DNA of 64,000 bases from the human T2T-CHM13v2.0 reference genome, Homo sapiens. The DNA is taken from NCBI RefSeq assembly GCF_009914755.1, contig NC_060937.1. One strand, given 5' to 3'. Below are positions 44,653 to 57,605 of this stretch, in pieces. The translations under genes were made by a program, and so were the position numbers. The notes below the pieces were generated by a model, which saw only the letters and a program-made list of their open reading frames with translations, made no database searches and was not told where the DNA came from. Numbering within the stretch: the stretch's first letter is position 1; the number at the start of each line of letters is the position of its first letter.

Positions 44653-45660
44653 GTGTGTCATTCATACATGTTACTACATAATGGGGAGGCAAACAAAGCT
44701 TTTAATTGTTAACACTTCTTTTCTTTGTATTTCCTCTAGTGTGGGAGGAAGTTATCTTCTAACCATTTACTTTGATGTAAATCAACATTTACTATCCCAA
44801 CAATCTTTTCTGTCTTGTTTTTTATTGAGTAGAAAAGAGAAAGATAAGAAAGTTGCTGTCATTCTTTAAGCTTCACTGAATAAACAGTTAACTTAGGGAC
44901 TGTAATTTCTTTGGCAGCCCTCCAGACATAGCACAGTGCAGCTAAAAGGCAATTCCTTTAGATACTTCTGTTAAATGTCTCTTGACTAACAGAACCATCT
45001 ACAGCATGAGCATCTAATTATCCGTAGAGAATTCAGAAAACCCTCTTGTCTTAATTATGAGTATATGGAAGGCTTGGTTGAAATGCAGATTTGATATGGA
45101 CTAATTTAACTTCCGTGTGCAATAATAAAAATTTGATATTGAATACAATAGATATACAAAGTATGTATCCAATAGCCATAGGAAATGTACACTGACTTTA
45201 CAAAGGAAGTTAACAAATATATTAATATTGCTAAACTATAATTTAAAGGTAGTTAACTAACTTTTGATGTAAAATCAAACAGTTTAAACATAGTTTTAAA
45301 ATTCCTTGAAAATACTTAATTTTCCCTTTGCTGTAGTGATAAAGAGAGCCATACTAAAGTTTTCATTGCCTATCCAATGGCATTAAAAAGTGATTATACT
45401 TCTTTAAAACTAAAAAAATCTAGATAGCTGGAAAACTTTTTTTCATTTCTATACATGAATAATGCATTGCAATAGATAATGCTAATACAGAAATCGTAGC
45501 ATACCACCTGTCAGAAATTGACATAGAGGAGTAAAATGTGCCACATTTCTTTACATAGAGAAAATAAATAAAAAGGCAGGAACTTGGAACAAAATCATGA
45601 AGTCTTCCTTTGTGGGGACTAAATCTTACTATATATCATACTAATTTACCTTATGGTTTC

Positions 45661-45877
45661 TTTTTATTATTTATTATTATTATTATACTTTAAGTTCTAG
45701 GGTGCATTGCACAACGTGCATGTTTGTTACATATGTATACATGTGCCATGTTGGTGTGCTGCACCCATTAACTTATCATTTACATTAGGTATATCTCCTA
45801 ATGCTTCCCCTCCCCACTACCCCCACATCACAACAGGCCCCAGTGTGTGATGTTCTCCTTCCTGTGTCCAATGTGTT
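45661..45877 (-). mobile_element. 5'-truncated L1PA 3' end
   Basis: (TTA)n tail plus tactttaagttctaggg...ttaggtatatctcctaatgc...ttcctgtgtcc. Confidence 0.92.
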
Positions 45878-46549
45878 TTCTGCATAAGTCCTTTTATGCA
45901 GTAGGGGTCACAGTCACCATTTTTAAGTATATGAAGCTTGAACTCTGGTACTGTGGAAAATGACTATTTGGCTGTCAAAAAGAGAGAGGTGGAAAATGGA
46001 ATTGGTTGGGCTGTGGATTAAGGTCAGGTTCTGCAGCAGAGTTACATTGGCTGTGAGAGACGATGTCCTTCAGAAACGTAAGCTAAGCCACCTGCATCCC
46101 ACTTCGCTGTGCTTGGAGCATTCTGACCTGGAGCTATGGCAGAGGCAGAATGGGAAGCAGCTTGCCTGAGCGAGGCTCACAGCTTCTGAGATTCAGGGGT
46201 ACTTGAAGACAGGGCAGAAGTGGGCGCTGAGATGAGTCATTTTTTTTTCTCAAAAGATAATACTCCTGACTACCCTGAAAGCATTTCTGCATCATTGCAT
46301 CCATAGGTAATAGAAACACACTGGTCCCTGCACATACCTATCTTGTCTTCCTTTTTCCCCATCTTCAGGGGCCAAAAAACCAATGTTGCAGACATAAGCA
46401 TTAATAGAACAAATGTCCTCTATTGCCCATCTGTTTTATTGAGTTTCATAGTGGACCCCTTTACACGTGGCTGAGAAGCTGCTTCTTCGTCACATCTGCA
46501 TAGCTCCTAGTCCCTGTTCCTCCTGACCAAACTCATTTATCCTATTATG

Positions 46550-47710
46550 AGAGCAATGCATATTCATTTTTTAAAATCTAGATAATAAAGTAGAGTACAC
46601 AGAAAAATAAGAAAGTGACCCATAAACCTAACTTCCAGGTGTAACCTCCTTTTACATTTTGGTACATGAGCTTTCAGTCCGTATTTATTTATTAAAATTC
46701 ATTTTTATGGCTGCCCTATCCCTGTATTTCCTTCTTATTAAAGAAAAAAAATCAAATCATACTGCACGTGCTGATTTGTAATTTTACAGTTTTATTTCAT
46801 GATATATGTTGTTTATCTTTCCATATTTATGGGGCAAAAACCTAATTTATTACTTAGTGATTGCTAGGTAGTCCATATGTGTGTACCATTACTGCGCTAA
46901 TTCCCCATTGAACAATATTTCGGTCACTAGTAATTTTTCAAAAACATAAATACAACTATATTTTATATTTCTGAACATACACTTGTGTGTACTTTTTCTT
47001 TCTGTTGGGTACATTAATTAAAGTGAGCTATAAGTCTGAATAATAACACAGATATAAAAAGTACATATTGCAAAATCGCTACCCAGAAAGTTGTACCATT
47101 TCGTACTCCCCTTCAGGGCAAGAAAGTACCCATTGTCCCACACCTTTACCGAGTCTGGATCCAACAATATTTTCCACCTCTGACGATCTGACTTCTAAAA
47201 TAATTGCCAATCACGATTATTTTGAAGATCTGCCACTGCTACCCACTTAGTAGTGGTTGATTGAGTGATAAACATTTTTCATCTTTATCTGTCATTATTT
47301 CTGTATGAAATTTCCTTTTGTTCTTTCCTTTTGTCTATTTCACTTTGGGCATATTAATCCTTTATATATTCAATTCTATGATTTATTTATATGTTTTTGA
47401 AATTGTTCTTTGTCTTTTACAGACATATTAACTACTTGTTTCAGCTTTGTCAGTCTTTTTTTTACAGTGTTTTGTTTCCAACCAAAATTTTCAATTTTTA
47501 TGGAAATTTTCAATTTCCTTTTTTAGTAATTGTGCTTTGGGGTCTTGAATAAAAAGAGTTTAGTTCATATTATACAGTTTTATTTTGTACGTTTAAATCT
47601 TTAATCCAACTGGTACTTATTTTGATGTAAGAGGTAAGAAAAGGATTTAACTTTATGTCTCTATCAAATGATTAGCTGGTTGCCCTAAAGACAGTTACTG
47701 ATAATCCACA
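46550..47710 (-). mobile_element. Decayed L1ME fragment, approximate bounds
   Basis: T-rich; cagaaagttgtaccatt...; tttaaatctttaatccaactgg. Confidence 0.55.
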
Positions 47711-48443
47711 CAGAGTAAACATGATGTACAGCTGGGCATTTCCCTCTGCAAATCTGCAAATGACCAAGTTTATGTCTCTCAATCTGATCTCCAACATTCT
47801 CTATAATCTGGGCTCATCTGATCTAGCAAACCTTACTTCTTAGTCTTTTTTATTTTTTAACATGCACCTCAGGGTCCCTATGCCCATCCCTACCCTTCTT
47901 TGCTCAGTCTTTTTTTCTTGACTTTCTCTTAGTTCTACCTCCAATGTCTCCTAGAACATTTCCTCTAATCCCTATATATCCAATCCATCCACTGCTAATT
48001 ACTCCAACACTCATTGATCCTCTTTCTCCAAATTCTTAGAGCATTCATGTCTTAGTTTACAAAATATTTGCACATTGTTTTTAGTGTTTGTTAATTTTTC
48101 TTTCTAATTAGCTTTCTATTTGCCAAATAGATTGCAAGCTTCTTGGGGGAAAGGATTATATCTTATATAAATTGTTTTAGTGTTATCTTTGAAGGAAACT
48201 AACATAATACTAATGACACATTCCACCAACTCACATAATTATAGAATAGATAATAACTTTTGTTTATTAAGGAATCTCTATTATCAATATTAGATGGTGT
48301 TTTTCCTTTTTAGAATATTTTTGTCTGAATATATGTGTTTTTTTCAAACACAAAGTAAACAGAAAATAATAAGCGATATGTGAAATGCTTTCTTTCGTGG
48401 TTTTTCTTGACTGGATTCTTATAAAATTCTTCTTCCCACCTAG

Positions 48444-48584
48444 GGACTTGTGTATGTGGTGAATGTACCTGTCACGATGTTGATCCGACTGGGGACTGGG
48501 GAGATATTCATGGGGACACCTGTGAATGTGATGAGAGGGACTGTAGAGCTGTCTATGACCGATATTCTGATGACTTCTGTTCAG
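48444..48584 (+). CDS. ITGBL1: ITGBL1 internal coding exon (probably exon 6), 141 nt
   Basis: cttcccacctag|GGACTTGT...TGTTCAG|gtaagg. Translates (G)[46 protein letters not shown]. Confidence 0.96.
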
Positions 48585-48613
48585 GTAAGGGCTCTTCCAA
48601 TTCCTGTTTTTCT

Positions 48614-48932
48614 GGAGGGGGAGGTGGGGCTTGTTAATGGGTAAAAAAAAAAAAAAAGCAATTAGAAAGAATAAATAAGACATACTGTTGGATAGCACAA
48701 TAGGGTGACTATAGTCAATAACTTAATTGTACATTTTTAAATAATGTAAAGAGTATAATTGGATTGTTTGTAACACAAAGGATAAATGCTTGGAGGGGAT
48801 GGATACCCCATTCTCCATGATGTACTTATTTCACATTGCATGCCCGTATCAAAACATCCCATGTACCCCATAAACATATGCATCTACTATGTACCCACAA
48901 AAATTTAAAAAGTAATGAATAAAAAATAAAAA
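48614..48932 (+). mobile_element. L1MA-type 3' end about 30 nt downstream of the exon 6 donor
   Basis: gttaatgggt...gatagcacaatagggtgactatagtcaataac...tactatgtacccacaaaaat plus A-rich tail. Confidence 0.88.
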
Positions 48933-50566
48933 TGCATATTTCCCTGTTTTCAAGATTTCTGATTCTCACATACCCTGTAAAAGAAACTGAATGTGTATTC
49001 TAAAGCATCTTATATTTGCAGTGCTCCTACTGGTAACTTGGAAAACCTCCAGAGAATTCCCAAAGTTGGCAAAGACTAGAGATGAGAGGGCACCCACTCT
49101 TTTAAAGTTAGTCTAATTCCTCACCCAGGAGAACCATTAGCTCTAGATAGCTACTCAGTTCAACTCTGAGACTACAAAACTAGCAGAGCTGTTGACAATG
49201 AACAGGATAGTTATCATTAGGGCACCTATATTAATGTATTACAAAACAGGATAATACAGTGCTCAGGGTTATTTTGTGCATTAACTCTTTGATAGGCTTT
49301 AATGTTATTCTGCAATGTAGTCTGTAATTAAATATCAATTAGTAGATTCAAAAATCTTTGACTGTAAATACTGTGGGGCAGATACTGTCTGTTAGGGACT
49401 GAGTGACATCTGGGCTACTGGTGTAGTAGGAGCCAGTAGGGGACAGGAGACAGCCATGAACTTTGACTTCATGGAGTTTGCAATCTAAATGCAAATAAAT
49501 AAAATATGTAAGTCCAGGATGTCTAATAGTGCAAAGAAAAAGAAAGCAGTCAGAAGTCTATCTGAAAAGGTATCGTTTAGCAAAAATGGAGTTATAGATT
49601 TTCAGTCCAGTTCTATTTGATAACCCATAAGGTAGACACATACACATATACATCTTGCTAAGCTTGACTGCCTCATTGGTGCATGCAGATGGATAGAAAC
49701 TCCTCTGGTCTCCTGAAAGTTTGCCAGCAAAGGGAGATAAAAGAACTGTCCCATTTAATTATGAGTGTGCAACTTCAAAGGCTTCTCCAGACTGACTGGG
49801 GAAAGCCTGCTGCTAAATCTTCCCATTGCAGAAGGGTTTCCCTCTTCTGATAATCTCTTGTGCTCCAGAGGATTTCCTAAACATTTTGTGAACACTATTC
49901 TCTTGAGGGTATTTTTTTCTATTATTAATTATACATGCTCATGTTCTTCATTATCATTGCTGTCAACACAGTGGTAATAAAAGAGCTCATGACTAGTGAG
50001 TGGCGTCTGTGTTCCAAAGAGATGATGAGAATAGTGGGGAAGAGGCCTGTTGGAGATTTTAATTAGGATGATGTGGCTCTTCACAGTGGTGGTGATGTAG
50101 GGCTCATGAATTGCAGGAGGCTATTGGATCACAGTGCATGTGGGTTTTATCCTAAAAAAAATAGGCTTGCAGGTAAAGAAAGATGAGAGGGGCATTCCAA
50201 GCAGAAGGAACAGAGGGATAGAATCTGTGTATAGGACCAGACTCAGTTTGAAATTACCAGAATGCAGAATTAAGGAAGCATGTGGTAAAAGGTAAAGTTG
50301 GTTGAGAAACAAGAACTGGGGGGCTTTTTACCTTCCTGCAGACCCAGGTTTTATTCTAAAGGCAATGAGGAGCTAATGATGGTTTTAGGCAATAGAGTGC
50401 TGTCATCACCAGATTTCTAGTCTGAGTGTCTGGGAAAATGTTGGTGCCATTTACTGAAATAGGGAATATGGAAGGAAGCTGTCAAGTTTGTTTCTAGACA
50501 TCTCCAGCATAGAGGGCAAAGGGTAAGCCAAAGTTTATATTTTTTCCCAGCCTGTTGAATATGTGA

Positions 50567-50956
<390 letters not shown>

Positions 50957-53525
50957 GGCAATGTCATTTTAAGATTGCTTTTGAGATAAACATGATTTGA
51001 CACAATTTAAAATAAGAAAATAAGGGAGGCATATAAAAGGCAGTATTTTAAAATTGTAAGTGTGTGACTTGCTGATATGGAGCCCCTTTTTCCTATGGGT
51101 ATTCACTCTCTTGTGAAATCCATAATTCTGATGTTGATCCTGATTTTGGACTGGGGTTGAAAAATTCAAACTAACTACATTATAGCGATAATTCAGGGTC
51201 CTGTGAGCCAGTCCATCTCACTGTGAGGGAGTGGGGTCATGGGGTAAAGATGGGTGATCACTCCTGAACTGACACTTCAATCCTCGTGTAAGCTTGTGTG
51301 CAATTCCCGCAGCGTGTCATTTAGTCTTGGAGTGCTTACTCTAGGCTGAGCAGGTGAAGTGTCATTAAGGAGGCTGCACTGGAATCTAATTTTCCACCTC
51401 ACCTATTCCCCTCCAACCCCTCTTCCCTGTTTTCCTTTTTCTCACATTTTCCTTTCTTTCATACCCTATGAGATTCCACACAGTGGGTATGGACAGGTAG
51501 GGGTAGGAAGAGGTGATGGCACAATTGGCTGTAGTTTGAACAAGAAAACATCAATCTATTATTGTGATTTTATGATTCGCTGGTTGAAGTGAATTGAACA
51601 TGGCCAGCTTTCCACAGCTTGGCTCCCACACTTAGAATGAGGAATTGAGGAAAGAGGAAGAAACTCATATTTACAGAGACTCTACTCTATTGGACCCTTG
51701 CTGAGTTCTTTTATAAACCTCATTCCATTTTATGTACACACTAACTCAGAGAGGGAGGCATTATTGTCTATAGTTTAGCAGAAGAGAAAATACATTCAGA
51801 GAAATTAAGTAACTTGATAAAGTTCACACTGCCATAAAAGTGTCATCTGAAAACACATATAGCCTGACTACTCATGTAACTTAATCTCCAGGTGATGCAA
51901 ATACAATTCTCCAGTTTTACTTTATTTTTCTGAGGAAGAACTGTCCTCTGGGTACTCAGATTTTTTTAAAATAAAACTAAGCTTCTCTGAACATCATTAC
52001 AATCTGGAGCAGACATCAACCTCTGCAGTATTTCATCATTCTTACAGAATCTGTAGAATTCTATATACTGTATGGTATTATGCTTATTAGTCTTTAAATT
52101 TTTCCTAATTAACAGTCTAAGTTGCAGTGTAAGAAGAGTGCCATATAGTTGATTATTGAGTATATTAATACCTTTGTGTTATGAGACAGAAGTAACCCAA
52201 TGACATCAATATTCTCTAGTCTTTCATGCAAGACTAGAACATAATAAGGCTCTGATGAAATGAAGTTTTATTTTTAGCTCCTATTCTTGCCATCCTGAGA
52301 GTTTTGGTCTTATTTAAGTCCAAGGGAAGTCTCTGGACGGATTAGTTTAAGTTAGCTCTTTTAATTGACATTCTCATTTTATTCATTCATTTCCATTCTC
52401 TCCATTTATCTGTTCAATAATGCATTTAAATGTAAATATTTTATGCCTAACACATCATGAATATAGGGAACACAAATATGTTGAAACATGGTCCCTGCAC
52501 CCACCAAATAAATCAATTTTATTTACTTCTTTTAATCCTGTCTGTTGTTCATCATCCACAAAATATGTGTGTTTGTGTATGTTCATTTGCCCATACACCA
52601 ACATGACTGTTATACTACACACATACACGCACCCCTCAAAGACAATACGGTTGACACAATTTGAGTGTGACTGAAATGATCAGGGCATGAATGGGCATCC
52701 TGACGTGTCCCGACTGTCCTGTTTGTTACACCCAATTTACTTTCTGATTCTAATATAACTGCTTTATTCCTAATGGCCGCTTACCACTCAGGTCTATTTA
52801 CCCAAATCCCATAATTGGAAAAATACGCTGCAATGTGACCTTAAACTTTATCGTTCAGCTTTCCCTGCCTAAGAAAATTATGAAAATATAGGGAAAGTTT
52901 TGGCTTAGAGTTACATTAGTTTGGAAAATGGAATATTTTGATAGAACCATATTATGTGGTGAAATTTGTCCCTGTGGATTGTCAAAGCATTAAGAAAGAA
53001 ACTAAAGGAAATGATTAAGTATATCCAGACCACATTTTCTTGAAAGGAAAAATTAATATATTGAATTTAAAAAAAATAGCAAGTACTACCTAGATCTAAG
53101 TTATTCCCCAAAGCTTTTCTCTATTGATGGTCTTCATGTTACTTTGTAAACATGTTAACAGACGATTCAAATTCACAGGCATTTTTTGATCCTTTAAAAA
53201 GAAAGAAGTATCCTCTAAAGCAGAGAAGTGTTTGTCTGGAATAGATGCAACTGCACTTGTGCTGAAACACCTGCACCTGTTTCTGGAGTTTGGATAGCAT
53301 AACTCCAAAGAACACAATAGTTACAAATAAACAAGAAAAAGTTTAGTTAACACCCTTTCCTATAATGGCCTGAGAACCTTAATAATTCCTGCCTTCCCAG
53401 CATGGCCTTTGGACCACTCAATGGCTGCTCTTGCTGCAAATCTTCCTTTTCGTATGGGTATTTTGGGCTGCAGTCATTTTTATGGTAGGTAGATTATACC
53501 AACACCAAGCACTGTATTCTTCCAT

Positions 53526-53564
53526 TGTGTGTGTGTGTGTGTGTGTGTGTGTGCATGTGTGTGT
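53526..53564. repeat. (TG)n microsatellite
   Basis: (TG)14 followed by an interrupted extension. Confidence 0.9.
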
Positions 53565-56144
53565 ACATACAGAGAGATCTTTAGAGAGCATTTCTCTTAT
53601 TTGAATTCTTCTGATGTTCGATATCAAGACAAACAGCACCATGCCGAATCTTTCATCTCTATTTCATTGATCTTCTGCCTACACAGTTTAAAGGAATACT
53701 GGTTAGAAGTAATGAAACTAAAACCTGCAGGCTTAACATACACATAAATTTGACAAACCAGCATGGAAGCATTGCATTTCAGATCCATGTGGCAAATTGA
53801 TCTTTTTTTAGTTCTGTCATTTGAAAGATAAAGCAATTTGAGATAAGGCCCAGAAAAGATAGTGGCACATCAGATGAAGGACACAAGTCTCCTGATTTCT
53901 TCTTTTATGACCTTTTCACTATTTGTCTATTAAAAAAAAAAAAAAACCTGATGTAATGTTATGGCAGTCTAAAGGGTTTTCATGCTAAATAGATACCATT
54001 ATCTCTAAACTCTTCTATATAGCAAAACCCAACATTTTCATCTTCTTGACTTTATCTCTACCAAATGATTCCTTCTTTGGCATAACTTTTAAAATTGGAA
54101 TTGAGAAACTGGTAAATTCACAAGAAAAGTTGCAATTTTGTTTTATAATTTTCTGTCTTATCTGAAAAGCCCAATACCTGCCTGAGAATCTGGTACCAAC
54201 ACCTGATATTTCTAAGTGATTTTTAAACTCTACCAGTTAAATATCACAAAGGATTTTGTAGGACATGTACAGTTTCACTTAAAGTGGTATCTCTAATATT
54301 CTAAAATATATTTTGACAGCACATGACTAACTTCTTGAAATATGTAGTATATAATTTTTATTACTGAAAAAGCAAAAGTTATGTTTCTGTTTCAACTCTG
54401 TCAATTAATCTGTAATAAACATTTAAATTAGGCAATACCATTGTCGATACTATTTTTATTATGGTAGGCTAGAATTATAGAAAGTTTATCCATGCACTTT
54501 TATGCTTGCTTCTTCTATGATATACAGTAAGATATCTTGTTTAGAAAATTCTACTTTCCCCAAACAATAAAACCAGTTCTACTCTCCCCAGACAATAAAA
54601 CCATCAAACACTTTCTGTGCCACTATTTTGTCACTTAAACTGGTGACCATACATTCGCTGACTTTCAGGAACTTCATTCTTTATGGATGGCTTATGTATG
54701 TCACTCATATTTAAATACCTCTTCTTTCCTTAGCTTGAACTTGTTCAATTAATATCAAATCCTGGTGGTAAAGCATAGAAGACATATCAGTGGATGATTT
54801 GAGGAGGAACATTGGCCATCTTGAACTAAACAATGTTCTCCCACTTTGATACTTTCCTGTTTAGGGCTAAGGTCTTTTATCCTTCAGCCAATCACAGCAA
54901 TGATACAATCTCTTAAATTCATCCCAATGTGCAAGCAATTGGCTGCAGGTGTGTTATTGAGAAGATTATTGAGGAGTCATCACACACATGCCAAAGTTAG
55001 GACACATATATATTCTTCCCAGCTTTGCTTATAGTTGGCAATGCCTGGAGGTGAAGCACGCATTTAGAAGCATGATCCTGGAGAATGTTCATGATGTTGC
55101 ATTAAGTACACAGGAAAAGAGGTGTGGGAGCTTATAGGCTGTATTTTCCCCCTCATGTTTGTAGAAGAGCATCAGAAATAGCAATGGGATATAAAAATAA
55201 AGCTGCAATAATAGAATTATGTTAGGGGAAAAAGGTTGAGAGAATTAAAAACTGAGAAAAATAAAATGATAAGAAAACAGAACGTGCCTATGGGAGAATA
55301 AAGGTGAAAGACCGCCAAAGATTTCTTCCTGCAGGTCTAGAGCATCTGAACTTAAAAAACGAAAAATTATTAAGGCTTCCACAGCTAATCTGGCTTTTGT
55401 TACTAATTGGATAGGATTCCAACTTTAAAAATCTCTTTTGAATAACTTCTGCCTTTAGGATTTGTTTTATTCTGCCACATGTTTTTAAAGATGTCAACAT
55501 GTGAATGGATTTCAGATAGGAAAAAATGGTTGCTTTTAAACATGGATTCCGACTATGCAACTTAAGAACGTTCTCCCTTCAGTCGTGTGTCTCCCTTTGT
55601 ACCTGCCTTTATCCCCAAGGTTTCTATTTTATTTTCCCTCCCCAGGGAGGGAATCCTCCTGTGGGGCACGTCACTGCTTGTGAATTCAGGTGGGCCTTAG
55701 TGGCAGATGACATTCTCTTGGGCAGTTAGGGACTTCCTGGGTCCCGCATCGGCTAGATGTATTGTTCTAACCTTCACAGCCATTAAACTTTCAAGAGTGG
55801 AGAAACTTTTTCTCCCTCTTCAATCTGGTTTTCAATGTTATTGTTAAAGTGTCAACAAGCAATGTTATTGTTCCAGTGTCAACAAGTCTCTCGCAAATGT
55901 CAGCATGTTCTGTACTTTGCCCAGTTTCCTCACAACAGATCTGTCGCTGAAATAAAACCACTTGTCTCCAAGAATTTCAAAGCCATTGGCTCCTGTGAAA
56001 CAACAGAATTGACTGTACTTTAAATGTGAAATATTTATGTGTTAAAATCATTATTTATATAGGCATTTCCAATGTAGATCTGTTTGCAATGTTTGTCCTT
56101 AACCTTACATGAGGGCTGGAAATAAAGAAAGATAGGAACTTCTT

Positions 56145-56436
56145 TGTTTTGTTTTTTTTGAGTTGGAATTTCCCTGTGTCACACAGGCTGGCGTGCAGTG
56201 GCACAGTCTCGGCTCACTGCAACCTCCGCCTCCTGGGTTCAAGCAATTCTCCTGCCTAGCCTCCCAAGTAGCTGAAACTACAGGCATTTGCCACCATGCC
56301 CAGCTAATTTTTGTATTTTTAGTAGAGATGGGGTTTCACCATGTTGGCCAGGCTGGTCTTGAACTCCTGAACTCAGGTTATCTACCTGCCTTGGCCTTCC
56401 AAAGTGCTGGGATTATGGGCGTGAGTCACCACGTCC
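56145..56436 (-). mobile_element. Alu (AluSx/Sz-like)
   Basis: Full dimer; TSD gat(a/g)ggaacttctt at 56131-56144 and 56437-56450. Confidence 0.93.
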
Positions 56437-57605
56437 GATGGGAACTTCTTAAACTGAGATGAATGAATGGCAAAAGCCATAGAACCCAACAACCTATGAA
56501 ATATAATTGTTAATAAGCATAAACCGTTACAAAAATTCCCATACTGTAAAGTCTAATCATATTCATATGTCATGTATGTTTATTAATAATAACAATTTTC
56601 TTTTCCTTTCAACTGAGGTCTAGAACAGATAATTATGGCAACAATTTGTCAAATAGACTCTGTTACATAGCAGATGATCAACAAATGAGCATCTGAATTG
56701 AATTGAATTTGGGATTAAATGAGAGATTTAAATTCAGTGATCCCTAATGTCTCATTCCACTTTGATTTATGATTTTGTGATTTTTTTTTTACTAAAAATT
56801 AGTTAAATGGTGAAAAGCTTCTACATATGTGTATTGTCCAGTTTCTTCAAATTCAGAAGATGGAACCGCAAACCTCAAGGAATATTAGTAAAATGGTCTA
56901 GTCTTTACTGGAGGCCAATTTTCATATTGGATGATATACATTAATATCAGATGCTAAAGACAGCATGCATTTTCATCCATTAGCATTTCTATGTACTTTT
57001 AAAAAGTGTAATTCCACTTTTAAAATTCTTCATGCATTTTTGCAGCAATTATAGAAATCTACTTTGTTCTGTATCTGCGGTGATGAGTAGCTTCATGTTT
57101 ATTAGGAATTATGGAAAGCTCAGTTGAAACTATGCTTTCCTCTACTTGCTTATAATGTGGGAACTGATGAATACAAAAACCAGTAGCTCCTTTTTATGTA
57201 GCTTTTAAACTATTTAATGTACTTCCGAAGAAATGTGGATTGATAATATATTTTCTTCCTTTTTAAAATGAAGAAACTGAAACTCAGATGTGGTCATTTG
57301 ACCAGCCCCACTCTGTAGGAAGCAGAATCAGGATTTGAACCCATTATTTTATTGATAATGTAGGTCGATTTTTGCTAAACCACACCGTTTCTCACAATTC
57401 TTTGCAAACTGTATATTCATGTGTTGAAAAATTTAATATCTTTTCTGACTTCTTTGGAATACACTAGGCTAATCTTCAAGGATTGTAAACTCCATGTAGG
57501 TTACTGGTTTTACTCTAAGGGTCTCCAGGCTAAACATGTAGTATTTGCTTAAAAAGTGCATGAAAATAAAGTGTGGAGACTCCATAAGATAACATTCTGC
57601 TTCGG

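Noticed and set aside
48267-48698. 143-aa antisense ORF (also 32889..33089, 63380..63574 and alternative-frame ORFs 44515, 48450, 63373)
   Set aside because: Shadow frames overlapping real ITGBL1 exons and running into low-complexity intron.
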